Part shown: in pieces, positions 38,237-51,887 of the stretch | How the letters are laid out: each line of letters begins with the position of its first letter | Position numbering within the stretch: the stretch's first letter is position 1 | Origin: Psilocybe cubensis | Taxonomy: Eukaryota | DNA: 64,000 nt | Direction of reading: 5' to 3' | Assembly (NCBI GenBank): GCA_017499595.2 | Contig: CM039001.1 | Coordinates: forward strand, 558,001-622,000 | Notes under the pieces: model-generated | Database searches by the model: none | Told to the model about the DNA's origin: nothing | Seen by the model: only the letters and a program-made list of their open reading frames with translations | Made by a program: the position numbers and the translations under genes

Positions 38237-39080
38237 CTACAATTTCGGTTTGGGGCTGGATCCCGACATCATTATGTGCACTCCGGACGCCACCATTCGG
38301 TGATGGGTAACATTCCAGATCTATGCCACGCATTCAAGATGGATTAAATTTTTGGAAAAGAAATAACGTACTTCCGTGTGTGCAGAACGAGTCCTCTTTC
38401 CAACTGCCAAACTGGTATTTACCAAGCGTATCCTGTCTCCTCTGTACATTCCAGCCGTCAACAACAGGTAATTACAGACTCTGGAGGATATACTATACCT
38501 CGCTGCAGGAGAATGAAACACCACATTGATTGATTGCGACATACTTGGTGTGACTTCTCTCTTTTCATGTAGAAATAGTGCAGCCAAGGCAAACAGCGAC
38601 GAACTTCGACCAATATAGGTAAAAGAATAGTTGCAGAAACATCAGCTTTAATAGGGATAGGCTTGAAAAAACGCTCACACATCGATTAAGAACGCTAGAC
38701 AACCACCGTGAATATTGTCCTCTGCATTGACCATATCTAATCGCCATAGGGCCCAAGTACGGTGAGGAAATCCTTCGGAAAAAAGAACAGATGCGCCTAC
38801 CTTCCATGACGTCTATCTCAATAACCGCTCTTCCCTCCAACTTCAAAGGTTCTTCGGCTTTGGGAATGATCGAAAGCTCGGTGACCATCATCCTCTCCTT
38901 GATAGCCTTTCCAAAGCCAGTGTATCGTCCACATTTTATATAAGTGGCAAAGATTGCAGGTATGTTTCCGAGTGTGCGTTTGATTTCCTCAGAGGCATTT
39001 CCTGATATTCTGGAGATGTCGAGGTGCGGCGGTGATGACGTTGCTTTGGTGGGACGGTTGGTGCCAGCGGGAGTACTCAT
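38237..39080 (-). CDS. HotDog-fold (PaaI/ACOT13-like) thioesterase, paralog A
   Basis: LEGRAVIEIDVME|..MVNAEDNIHGGCLAFLID, SMSQSINVVFHSPA, IRLVNTSLAVGKR, IWNVTHHRMVASGVHIMMSGSSPKPKL*. Confidence 0.85.
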
Positions 39081-39343
39081 TGGGAAAAATGCCTGGATTT
39101 GGGTGTTGAAATTTGCGAGGTGGGTATCTTGAAAAAAGGAAACATGTGCGCATTGCTACTTATACCAATCGACAAGAAGAGAACAAGGAAGCATAATAAA
39201 GTCTACGTTTAGGAGTCAAGGTAATGATGGTAATCATGCTGCAGGTGCGGGTTTAGAAGCTGAAACGCTAGTAAAATGCAAGCATTAAGAGGAACCAAAC
39301 TTTAACTCATATGGCTAGACAAGATAGCATATGTGAGAGGGAG

Positions 39344-40218
39344 CTATAGTTTACTATTGGATGCTGGCATCACTATGCGAAACGCGGATGCCACCATACG
39401 ATGATGTGTGGCGTTCCAAATCTGCCGTAGGAGCGATTAACAATGCGAAAAGGATAGATTAGATAATTGGGCCACAATTAAAGTTGACAGAAACGTACCT
39501 CAGTTCGCACCGATTGCGTTCTCTTTCCTATGGCCATGCTTGAGTTAACTATACGAATTTTATCTCCTCTTCAAGTTTTATGTGCATATTAGTTATGTGG
39601 CAAAGAGGGAAAAGGATATGGGGCTCACATTACCGCTGGAGAATGAAATACGATATTCATTGACTGTGAGATTTTCGGAGTCAATTTTCCCGTTTCCTGA
39701 AGCTCCATCACCCCCAGAGCAAACCCCGATGTACTTCACAATTCAAAGAACGGCAAATTGGAAAAGAAAATATCAATGAGTAAAGGTACCTTCGCTAGAT
39801 TACTCAAGGGCGACGCTCACATATCAATTAAGAACATCAAGCAGCCACCATGGATGGTCGCCTGCCCGTTAACCATCTCTGCTCGGTCCGAGTGTCAAAG
39901 TTTCGTGCTTATGGAACATATGATGTTCATACCTTGGGAGACATCAAGCTCAAACACTGCCCTCCCCTCCATTTTGCTTGGATCCTCGGCATTAGGAAGG
40001 ACTGAGAGCTCGGTAACTATCATCTTGTCCTGGACATCCCTCCCAAACCCATTGTACTCTCGCTCTTCTGGCTTGAAATACGAGGTGAAAATGGCGGGTA
40101 CGTCACCCAGCATGCGCTTGATATTTGCAGAGGCATTTCCAGATATTTTGGATGTGTCCGAGTTAGAGTGTGGCGGAGTCGCATCCTTGATGATGGGGAG
40201 GCTGGAACGTGCACTCAT
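39344..40218 (-). CDS. HotDog-fold thioesterase, paralog B
   Basis: MEGRAVFELDVSQ|..MVNGQATIHGGCLMFLID, final exon IWNATHHRMVASAFRIVMPASNSKL*. Confidence 0.85.
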
Positions 40219-41566
40219 TAAGAGAAAATCTTTGGTGAAAGTAGCAAACGTTGAGTAGACCTGTTGGGAGCAGGTTGCTCAGTATTTGAGAGGAAGTGGG
40301 GGATAGACCACAGTGGATATTATTCGGTTCTTCTGATTCTCGTGGCTTTTATAAAAGTCAGTAAATCTACTTTTGTCAGAGTACAGCAATTGCGATGCAA
40401 ACGCCGATATCGAAATTGTAATAGCAGATGCGGCACATTCCACACCTCCTCAATCGTGGTAATTGTTAAATTATAGACAGCTAGAGAGCTTCCCCTGGAT
40501 CACTTATGTCTCCTTTGCAGATCAAGGAAAGGCCCTCAGCTGTCTCTTGAAGACTTGAAGTACGCTCACTATCCTTGATAACGATTCTACATTGTGGTAT
40601 ATCACAATTTTGCTCTGGGAAAATAACACCTTTTATGTGCATATTCAATGATAAGATGTCAGAAACTTGAATTTGGCGAGTGAAGCATTTTTCCAAGTTA
40701 CACGTTATACTGAGGACGGATCATATCGAACCGTGGCTACTCGCGTCTTCGGAGGCATCTGTTCCGATGCCCAAAAATACATCAATACCCACTTCCTGAG
40801 ATAAAACCACATAGAGAAGAACGCGTGAGTGGAGTGTCCGCGAGGATGCGCTTTCCAGATGCAGTGCCTCGGAACTCTACAAAAGGCCGATAATTGGCAC
40901 TAAAAGCCATTCTCAGTGCTGAGCGGAGTGCCAAGAATTTGCCCGTCCATAAAAATAGCACCGATGGTTGAACGCGACGAAGAAAACACAGGCCAATAAC
41001 ACTGTGCGTACCTTTACGAAGGGAATATAGCAATCATCTTGAGAGTCAAGGCGACGTCAATGTATGCAAGGATTCTGGGTGAACATAAGAAGCTTCATAA
41101 TCAGTAGTTCCATTAGGAAACATAATTACCGTAATATGATGCAGGTGATGATTGGTCGAGACACTGCCAGTGGTGGTCAATAGGCTGATTGTAAGCTGTT
41201 TCCCTTTAATCATCATTCAGCACTTGTTACATATTGAATCCGAACAAAAAGCTTAAATATCGACAAAAGGCTTATAAAACAAAGATGTGATAGTTTGAAA
41301 CCATATATAAATATTGTTTTTCTTCAAGCTGTCTTCCTCTGTCTTCCTTCCTCTCGCACCCTGTCCCGAGTTAAGTGGCATTACATAGGATACTATACTT
41401 TCTAGTATGGCATTGTATGCATCATTATCTCACCGTCGCGAAAGAGTCTATCTCAATGATTACTTGATCTATTATTCGGCCTGGTACTTAAGACCTGCTA
41501 TCGTAGCGGTTTTCTTCTGTGAGTGTTTAAATCATAGCCAACACCGGAGACTAACATAGCCATGCA

Positions 41567-42303
41567 GTGGAACCAGTCTTAATCACTGAGACCAACGGCA
41601 AAATATCGACTACTGTTGGCCAAATTGAACAAGAGTCCAATGCAACTCTTATTTGTAGAGATAGGTGGCACAGATTGAACGTGAGTTAATACCTGCGCTT
41701 TAGTATCTACGTGGAAATAATGTTGAATTTTGTGTTCAAGATTCACCTTTCACTGAATCCTTTCAAAATATTACCGTATGTACACGTCTATAGCGAGCGT
41801 TCTCCGGCCAGTTCTCTTATCTACAACTTTCCTGCAGCTCACAGACAATATATGTCTCGATCTGCATAGGGTATTGGGGCCGACAATTATATCCTCTGTG
41901 AGTCTTTAATTAGTCGTTCCTCGATATTTCCCTCTGATAGTTCATGACACCCTCTCTTAATATATAGATATCCTGGTTAGTTTTTAATTGTCAGTGACTG
42001 TCGTCACAACAATTTAAACACAGGAGAAGCCTATACAAGACGGGCTTCTACCTTCTTCCCCTACTTCTGGGATGTTGCCATCAACCAGCTCACATGTTTG
42101 ACTTGGGAGTATGTCCTTTCTTTGTATTGGGGTACGGAGCACCGGAGACGCCTCTGAAGTGGATCATGACACCCAGAGGGTCCGTCATTCGAATTTACAA
42201 CCTCTGCAAGGTCGACCCTGTCTTGTATGCGGCCGTAAGGCGTCAAGGAAAGTTATTGGTTGCATATCTGCGCATTTGTTTATTCCTGGATTCATATATC
42301 CAC
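41567..42303 (+). pseudogene. Truncated, frameshifted paralog of the orphan gene at 48086-49480
   Basis: High nucleotide similarity to about 48581-49300 including introns; 1-nt deletion in the mini-exon and 4-nt deletion near 42120. Confidence 0.8.
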
Positions 42304-42653
42304 GTTCCACACGCACAGCTGGCGTCTGTGCCCACGCAAACCAGCTTTACGTTCCACTTTCCGACAGCGATTGCTGGCTCTTCTGCCCCGCAATATGACG
42401 GCCACGGTCAGCCTGAGACTAGCCAAGATCCGCAATAAACGTCAATGTTACAGGTGCTCTGACACCCCAACCAAGAAAGGCTGAAGATATTTCTTCAGAC
42501 TTCAGCCAATATAATCCGTGCGTGGTTGACGACAAAAGTAAGCCAGAGAGTGAAGCAGAGGAAACCGTGTCAAAAGAGTGTCCATAGCATCAGCTTCTAA
42601 TGCCTGCGTAGAATTATAACTTTTGGGATATTTGAATAATAGCAAATTGTACC

Positions 42654-43766
42654 TTATATTAGAATAGCATTTTCTTCGACACGATCGCCTCCCATGATAC
42701 GTTCCGTCCTAGCTTCGCAGACCACAATTCTACGAATAATTGATAGGTTGTGGTGGTACATCTCCGTAGAGGTGTTACCCAGTTGGCCTGGGTCAAAATC
42801 AGTTTGAGATGGGAAACCAGTCGCATATGATTCGATGTCTGAACGGCGGAGACGTAATCCCCAGATACTACCTCTATAAGCATCAACTAAATGAACCTTT
42901 TCAAGACTCAAAGCTACATTGAAAGATAAAAGTTGTCGGCTGCACCACGTCAGTACATAGAGAGAAAGACATACATGGGTCGAGAATCAGAGATGCGACA
43001 ACAAATGGATGGAGAAAGATAGCTTGGCCAAGATAGAGCGAGCGAAGAGAGGGTATGACAGGTAGTCGGATGCTGGTATGAACCGACGACATATTGATGT
43101 GTGTCAGTTTGAGTTCGGTAAGATTCGTGTGCTCTGAGAGGGCACGGAATAGATAGGGAATTGCTTGTGGAACAATCTTCAAGATGAGTTAGCAACGTAG
43201 AGAAGGTGTAGGGAAAAAATGAAGACATACGGCGATGGAAAAATGGTGCGGGGGGTCTGGCCCTATCCATACAAATCGGCGAGGACTATTTCCACATGTG
43301 TGAAACCACGCTTCTGTGAATCCAAAGGGCAAGGAGCTCACTTGACGAGCGAAAGAGATGTATAGATCATGTCGATGTGAGGCTGGAATGCATGCGAGTT
43401 CAGTCGCAGGCTAAGAAGATCCAAGCTCATCCGTCCATTCTCGTCTCTTTCCACACCATCACTGGCAAAGAAACATCGGGAAAATAAGGTGAATAGATCG
43501 GTGAATACCAGGTTAGATTCGTCAGCAGTTATATCAAGTTCGATTGTGCGCGGAGGCAGAGGTGCGGATCTTCTCTGGTCACTGTAGGTGGCAATAAACA
43601 ATGAAAGCTGAGCGCGAGACGAGAAACGTAATGTCGAATACAAGTTTCTCAGACATATGTCGTGAAATGCGGTACAAGTCGCCAAAAGCGCTGTTACTGA
43701 TCGTTTTTTCAGGCTCAGCGAATAGTCCAATATATCGTAAAGAATTTCTAGAGGCAATACCGACAT
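42654..43766 (-). CDS. Hypothetical protein with F-box-like N-terminus and LRR-like segments
   Basis: MSVLPLEILYDILDY; NLTELKLTHI, PSLRSLYLGQAIFL, LEKVHLVDAYRGSIWGLRLRRSD; canonical introns. Confidence 0.65.
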
Positions 43767-43969
43767 ATTTGATGTCGTGTTCAAAGTCTGATTGGAAATA
43801 TTATCGGGCAAAGAGGGGTGTAAAGCGGTACAAGCATTCAAACAAACGACGGTTCTCCGATCCTTACAGGAAGGAACACGTGAGAGGGATAAACAACGCG
43901 TCCACAGCCACTTCAGAAGTGTTCACCTTTGGTTTACTCAGTACGTCTTCCTTGCACAATCGATTTCCA

Positions 43970-44734
43970 ATGTCTCGACTATCTAGGGCAAATCTAAAAG
44001 CAAGGGACTCGATATTTGCGAGCCGACCAGAGCAGTACATTGGGGATATTCAAGCTCGGTGTCCACCTGATTTGGAGGAATGTGTGATGGCGATGGAAGA
44101 CTGTTGCGAAGAGGTTAGGTTCAATCTGACTATATGTGCTAAGATATGATTTTTAACGACATTTACCACATAGGCATATGAAGCACAGGTTCTACTTCGC
44201 AATGGTACTGAAGATCTTGCCCGAATGAGCAAAGTTTTGGAGAATGAGCGGGTGCGACTCGTTAATTTTTCGTTTTGCCAGAGGCAACAAATTAATCGTT
44301 TTCGAGCAGGTTTTCTTGTTAGTCAATGAGAGTACAATCAAACGATACAAACGAGGACTAGCGGACGAGATCGAGCCTGCCATCACAGAGCTTATAGAGC
44401 GAGCTGAGCAAGGTCTCAATGCATTGGAAAAGAAGGCCCAGACGTTGCAGGACAAGGTGTGTCTCTTTAGCATGCTGCGCCGAGTATAGGATGCTGATTG
44501 AGTCCGATATTCAAGATTGACAGTGCGAAAATGATACCCCGAAATGCCACTGGAACTAGTGCAGTTCAGAAGCTTGAAGCAAGGCGGCTACAAACGTTGA
44601 CAAAACAACGAGAGAAACTGGAAGCTGAAGTTCGGGCATTAGAAGAGGAGGTTCTACAATCTGTGAGATATAGCACATTGTACACATCCATTCATTTACT
44701 TATAATTACTTAGGCTTTGAAGAATCGGTCATGA
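43970..44734 (+). CDS. SPC19: DASH/Dam1 kinetochore complex subunit Spc19
   Basis: LEECVMAMEDCCEE|AYEAQVLLRNGTEDLARMSKVLENER|VFLLVNESTIK...LADEIEPAITELIERAEQGL; C-terminal coiled coil. Confidence 0.82.
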
Positions 44735-44963
44735 AAGCTACACAATCTTTTGCGGCCAAGCATGCGCATTCCTCATGGCTACCCCATGCTGCAGGCACCT
44801 GCATGATCTTTGGTCTAATATTGTCCCCCTGGAAAGTTACAGAAAGTCTACTCTATTATGCAGTACAACAATGTGGACTACCGGCGGCCAGCTACCTTTA
44901 GGATGACATCCATCGGCATAAACACTATATTTGGTTTTGGTGCCCTAGATTACGATGCCAACG

Positions 44964-45866
44964 TTATAGATTTGCCTTTGGTTTCGAAGGCATCATCTTA
45001 ATGTGTACCCCCGATGCGACCAATCTGTGATGCGTCACATTCCAGATCTGAATGCAAGGCCGCGTGAATAGATCGCATTTGGATTCGGAGACGTAGGAGG
45101 ATAGGCAGAAGTAGGAGGGAAGGTGTTAACTGCTATCAGCAAAGAGTTTGCAGCAGCTCAACGAACGGACAATGCTTACTTCCGTGCGCACTGATTCTGT
45201 CCGCTTGCCTACTGTCATGGTCGTGTTGACAAGTCGTATTCTGTCGCCTCTGTGGGATTTTTGAGCGGAAGGAAGGGGAGGTAAAGAGGAGTCCGAGGCT
45301 TACATCGCAGCCGGAGAATGATACACCACGTTCAAGGATTGCGAAACACTTGGGTGTAATCTCCCTGTCTCATATAGAGTCAATGCGGTCAAAGCGAACG
45401 ATGATGCCCTATAGATTTTGCAAAAACACACAAGTTAGCCCGCAAGAACAAAATGCTTGATTCAAAATGCGCACATATCGATCAAGAACGCTGAGCAACC
45501 ACCATGAATGTTTCCTCCACCATTGACCATGTCTAAACCGTTTGTCCATGAGTTATTCTGATGCCAAAAGAGATCGCCACATCGCCCACCTTCAGAGACA
45601 TCGACCTCCAGCACGGCCCTGCCTTCCAATTTACTAGGCTCCTCCGCTTTCTGCAATATCGCCAACTCTGTTACTACCATTCTCTCCATGATATCCTTCC
45701 CAAAACTGTTTAGTGGTTTCTGACCTGGCTTGAGGAACGCTGCAAAGAACGCGCGCGTGTCGCCGAGAATGCGCTTGATTTCCTCAGGGGCATTTCCTGC
45801 TACTTTAGATGTATCAAAGTCGGGGGTTGCTGATGATGCTGTGGGAGGAACAAAGCTTGTGGCCAT
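44964..45866 (-). CDS. HotDog-fold thioesterase, paralog C
   Basis: MVNGGGNIHGGCSAFLID, SVSQSLNVVYHSPA, IRLVNTTMTVGKR, IWNVTHHRLVASGVHIKMMPSKPKANL*. Confidence 0.88.
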
Positions 45867-46899
45867 TGTTTTCTGCTGCGTGGACGGGTCTTTATGATAC
45901 TTTCTTTTCTACAAGAGTTTAGAGATGAGGAAAGTGGACGTTCATCGGTATTGAAAGGGCGCTGCTATATATCACAACAAGCTTGCAATGGCGAAAGATA
46001 ATTTCATTTCTTATGCCACACTTTGCAGGGAACGGGAAGTCAGGCGGTCATGGAAGCTGGCTACCGGTCATAGAGATACCCGGCGCTGCATATCATACAA
46101 CACTTGGCGCGGAGACGATAAACCTAAGAAAATAATTTCATGGTCAAGGTTTCTGCCTTTGAAGCTATACACCTTATCTTGCAATGGAGGTGAACCAAAA
46201 AAAGTCAGGCCCCTAAGGACGATGTCAACTTTTCACGAAGGATTATGTGGGTAGTCAACAGGCCGGAAAATTTCCATATCCGGAAGGCTTTGTCATCAAC
46301 ATTTTTTTTTCGCTTTTTTTGGCTTTTTTCTCCCAATTTTCTCCTTTCATTTGATTTATGACTTTATGGATGTAACCCGTAATAACAGAGATCATTTTGT
46401 GTAAAATCTATTGGAACATGTATCTGGTTTGGCTGAAGCAATTTTGCGTACACAGGATTCAACGCCTAAAGTTGCGACGAAAATTAAACCTTTCATGTGA
46501 AGTGGCCATAAACGGCAAGCTCAAAAGAAGTACCGCATATAGGGTTTGACCCGATCGCCTGTCGTGTTACTGGAATTCGTTCATAGCGTGCCTGTAGGTG
46601 AGCGGGTAGTGGTGCCTGCCCTAAGGTGCGACATCACACAAGGGAAGCAAGTTTTGGAAAAAACGTCCGATCCCCCATCCAAAAGAGCGGCTAACAACGC
46701 CAGACCATCCATTAGATCTTCAATAATCATTCAATTTTTCACAATTTCCGTCCCCCATGAGCGTGTGTTTCACATTTGAGGTACCATGAACGAAGATTCA
46801 GCGAGGGAAACCGGCATTGGTCTGTCCGATTTGTTACGTCTTCAACCTACTGACTGGTTGTTGGTGCAGTAGAGTATGTCCATATGGATTCGTATGATA

Positions 46900-47690
46900 G
46901 GCCCGATATTTGAGAGAAGAGTAGAGCGAAAATTGTGGTTCTGACTGTGTTGAAAGGTCGACGGACGTCTCAATAGTATTGGCTAGCCATAAAACACGCC
47001 ATGGCGACCGCCTATAGCTAGCGTGGTGCGGTGGAACTGGGATACCCTTGCGTAAACACGCCAAATCAGGATCAATCTGGTGTGTATCTGGAATCTTTGC
47101 CCGGGACATCCATGATGCATTTCCATTAAGCAAAATAATTTCTTTGTTTGGGCAAGAACGAACCGAAATAACTGTAGGGCCATGGGTGTCCTTCGAGGCC
47201 AAGAAGGCTACAATGCCTTCAGGCTGCCCAAACCCATCTGTGTATGGGTCGAATTATACGTTTCCTATATGATTTCGTGCTTTTTGTTGGGATTTTTCAC
47301 GGAAATACCGTTCGGAATGTCATTCCTGACTGTTTCTCTGAAAATCATAACAAAAACTGTGAAATAATATATGAGATGTATCTCTGGATCCGGTTCTTAT
47401 TCAAGAACAAATACTAGTACTGACATGATATACTGTGCAGGGTATATGAGTGACCACATTTGTACGCTGTATCTGGTGCCTCGTCGGTTCCATGTCGACA
47501 AACTACGGATGTCCATTGCCGTCCATGGCTAATGCTGTCCATGGCTTGCTCGATGTCTGAACGAATTCATTGGGATGGTGACGGTGGGTGTGTAAATGCT
47601 GGTTTTGCCAGCAGTCACACAACGTCTCGATGCCTGTCTCCCAGACAGGGTGAGCAAGAGACATGTTCGTGGATATGGTCTTCTCTCGGA
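46900..47690 (+). pseudogene. Decayed spliced coding sequence, homologous in inverted orientation to about 62920-63900
   Basis: Shared blocks such as GCATTTCCATTAAGCAAA, GGGCCATGGGTGTCC, TTTCGTGCTTTTTGTTGGGATTT, CTGTCCATGGCTTGCT; conserved intron ending CTRAC..TGCAG; stops and frameshifts; boundaries approximate. Confidence 0.6.
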
Positions 47691-48085
47691 ACTGATGCCA
47701 TTGAAGCATCGTCTAGCGTCGCTCCCACAGAAGTTGAAGAAGGTAAGTGCGATCTCGTTCATATAACAATTTCAACGTTGATTCTTTGCCTCGCTCACAG
47801 ATGGGAGTTCGCTCACGACGTATAGGCTACGGTCTTTGATGAACAAGTGAACGATAATGTTGTCTAGGGCAGTCGTGCTCGCACACTGTGACCAGTGGCA
47901 CTGATTCGAACTTTCATAATCCTGATGGGCTGGCCGGGGAACTCGGAGGAGTAGCCGGACATGGCCAATCGATGTGCGGACGATTCAACAAACCGCGATA
48001 GACACTGAAGTTTGCCCTAATGGAAACGTGACCGCGAAACATAAAACGGTTCACAATCGCATCTGCCGCTACATCCTCAACTTCC

Positions 48086-49480
48086 ATGTCTTCTACTCCT
48101 CCTCCTCCTCCTCCTCCTCCTCCTGAATTCATCATCAATAGATTTTCGTCAAAGCCCAATGGTTCGTCGTCCCTTTTATCTTACCGTTTTGTCTTCTCCT
48201 ACTCATCCTCTCACACCACCTTCACAGACAATCGAGCCCCTCCTCTCACAGACCATGGAACAATCAGTAATAGATCCATCACCCAGCCCAAAAGGGCTAG
48301 AAAACCTCAGGCATCCGGTTCTATGAACCAAAATATAACATCGGGAGGCCCTTCAAAACGAAACAAACCGAATCGGGCCCAGCAACCGGCGAAAAAAGGG
48401 AAGGCAAAGGCAAGAGCAACTCGCTTTCCGACAGAGACTCCTGGCTCTTCTTCCCAGCAGTTCGACGGCACGTTACAAGTGCTCTCAAACCCCAACGAGC
48501 CGGAAGTGCCACAACAGTATGTGGTTCCGCATCAGCAGAATCCGAACCAGGCGATGCCACTGACGCGACATAGCTACACAGTAGAACCAGTCTCAATCAC
48601 TGAGACGAATGGCAACATATCGACTCTTATTGGCCAAATTGAACAAGAGTCCAATGCTACTCTTATCTATAGAGAGAGGTGGCAAAGACTGAATGTGAGT
48701 TGATACCTGCGCTTTAGTATCTATACATGGAAATAATGTTGAATTTTGTGTTCAAGAATTCACCTTTCCCTGAATCTATTCAAAACATTACCGTATGTGC
48801 CCGTCTATAGCGAGCGTTCTCCGGCCAGTTCTCTTATCTACAATTTTCCTGCAGCTCACAGATAATATGCATCTCGATCTGCATAGGGTATTGGGGCCTA
48901 TGATCATGTCCTCTGTGAGTCGTTTAATTAGTTGTTCCTCGATATTTCCCTCTGATAGTTATGATATCCCGATTAGTTTTTAATTGTTAGTGACTGTCGT
49001 CACAACAATTTAAACACAGGAGAAGCCTATACAAGACGGGCTTCCACCTTCTTCCCTTACTTCTGGGATGTTTCTATTAACCAGCTCACATGTTTGACCT
49101 GGGAATATGTTCTTTCCTTTGAATTATTGGGGTACGAAGCACCGGAGACGCCTCTGAAGTGGATTATGACGCCCAGAGGGTCCGTCATTCGGATTTACGA
49201 CCTCTGCAAAGTCGACCCTGTCTTGTATGCCGTAAGGCGTCAGGGAAAATTATTGGTGGCAAATCTGCGCCATTTGTTTATTCCTGGATTCATATATCCA
49301 ACATCCAGCATATCTCCTCCAACCACTGTAGAATGGAATGAAGAGAGACAAATGTCATCGGTCACCTTCTATAATGGTTCGAGGGGGGAAATGCTCCTGT
49401 TCTTCACACAATATCTTGATCATCACAGTGCGGATACCATCAACACATTCATAAACCTTTTGCCATCCGCACCATTTTGA
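48086..49480 (+). CDS. Orphan-family hypothetical protein X (4 exons)
   Basis: ...RERWQRLN|NSPFPESIQNIT|LTDNMHLDLHRVLGPMIMSS|FLIVSDCRH...FFPYFWDVS..LTWEYVL..IMTPRGSVIRIYD; phase-0 GT-AG introns; start uncertain. Confidence 0.65.
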
Positions 49481-51215
49481 TGGAGACGAAACAGCAGGTA
49501 TGCATTATCCTCTGCATATGCAAAATCACAATGCTCATGTCGCTTGAATACAGCCAGGTTGTACCCCAATATGTGGACGTAAATCCAACCATCATTTTCA
49601 ATATCTCTTGCCTATAGACTGTTTTCTTTTGCCTGTTTTTCTTTCATCACACATCATGCTTTATCTACCTCGGACGCTCTCTCTCATCGCTTTTTTCTCT
49701 CGTAACTGCATTCTCTTTCACTTCATACCTGATCTCTTTACCATCGTCATCCACTTTGTACGTACTCATAGCAACCTCACATCCATGGCCTTTTTGGTCT
49801 GGAGTCCATTTTCAGCCAATCGAGGCACAGAGACTAGTAGGTCTTATTCAATGACTTCACTTGCCAGTACTCACACCTTGAAAAAACTTGCTTACAGAAA
49901 CATATCTCTCTATCGATACCCTCATACTTCCCGTCACGAACATCGGCCTTTTCAACACATCTTCATCGCGATACCGTGCCCTGTTCTCAAGCCACAAACA
50001 TTGTGACCTGCATCGGAATTGCATCGCCGTGTAGGCTTTTATTCGCTGCCTCGATCCTCCGTTAACTTTGCTGACACCGATCTTTGCTCTAGCTCGTCTA
50101 GCTCACAATCCGACTTTCACTTTTTGCTCTATCTTTATCGACATCTGGACTATCCGAACCGGCTTTGAAGGAAACCAACAACAGGGATACACGCACGAAC
50201 ATCAACTCCTTCAACTCACCCCTCTACTTCCTGCTGACGGCACAAAAATGGACAACTGGGCAAAGAGAGCACGACATCAGGTAAGGCTTCTTTGTCTTCT
50301 ATGATCAGATCTTCCTTCAACGTTACTCATGCCAAAGTTTCACAGCTCGCCCAACTCACATTCCAATTCCATTATTTCACTTCTTTACCTCATCCTCATC
50401 ATCATCTGGACGTTCCGAATATACACTCACACTCCGCGTTCTAAGTGCCGCCTCTTCCAATTATCATCGACCTCGCTTTATCCTAGCTATCGTCCTTCCC
50501 AACACCGCTTTATAACACCCGCTCTGCGTTTCCTGTTATCTTCGCTTTTAATCATCTCGTCGTCTCGCTATTTGTATCGTAGTAATTTTCCCGCTCCGTT
50601 TTGTAGCTCTTGTTTTTGTACCACTCGAGATACCCGACAATGAATCAATGATACCATTTTTCAATGTTGTAATCATCGTTTGGCTTTGAATCTGACAACT
50701 TGTTTCTATTCGAGTGGTTGAGACCCAAGAAGCGGCTTGATTCGAAAGTATATGCGTATATGCTTAGAGCAGAACACGAAGACTCGTGGTTGATGAACCG
50801 TAATGTGTCATGTATAGTATGCAGCCTCAGCCTGAATACTATCGATATCGAGCTCAGACGTCTCGTAGCTCATACAACCGAAATTCAAAAAAATCCAAAA
50901 AAAGCTCGAAAAAAATTGAGTCATCCAGGCTATGTGTAATATGTAACCCTGTGTGATCATTCATCATGTCAATGTCATCCTGTCCATGCAGACACATACA
51001 TCAATAACCACACATATGTAACAACAACAACGACATCAACATCAACAGCAGCAGGAACAAGACCTGACATATATAGTCAAATGCGAAGGGTAGTATGCTT
51101 TAATTAGTAATTATTGGCGTCGGTGCTACGCTGATAGGTAAGTAGAGACGCGATGGGTAAAGTTAGGGGTGTGTATTGTACCACGATCACGATTCACGAT
51201 GTTAACAATACAAGC

Positions 51216-51256
51216 TTTCTTTTCTTTTCTTTTCTTTTCTTTTCTTTTCTTTTCGT
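51216..51256. repeat. (TTTTC)n microsatellite
   Basis: Directly visible. Confidence 0.9.
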
Positions 51257-51887
51257 TTCGTTTCTGGGGCATTCTTTCCAAGAAAGTTATATTTTGACTG
51301 TGATTGATCCTGTACAAAGCCGAGATGTTGATTATGTATAATACACAAGAAGAATAAGAGGTCGAGAACACGGATAAGAGAACAAGAACAAGAACAAGAA
51401 AAAGAAAAACAGAACAAGAACAAGGAATTAGCTGTTTATATTCCAAAGTACCATTCCATCAGTCAGACCTTGGGCATAGTATGAGTACGTTCCTTTGAAT
51501 TTGATCGTGATTGTGAGGATTCCAGGTGTAGTCGTCAAGAAGAAATATAATGCCAAGAATGATTAGAAATGAAATGGGCGAAGCCGAGCGGTAGACGTTA
51601 TATAGACACAGTGGAGTGGAGTGGAGAAGTGAATTGAGGTGAAAAAAAAAAGATTTGAGGAAAAACGGACGAAGAGCAAACCATGAAATAACGAACATTC
51701 GAGCCGAATGCGAGTCGGGATAGTCGATGATATGGTAACTCTATAGTGAAAAAGACAAAAAAGGAAGAAGAAAAAGCAAGAGTGCGAAAGCAACGAGCGA
51801 ACGAAAGCGATGACAGGAGGGTGATGTGGTGTGATGCGGGTATCCAATCCTGGTCCTGGTACACAACAAAACAAACAAACAAATATA

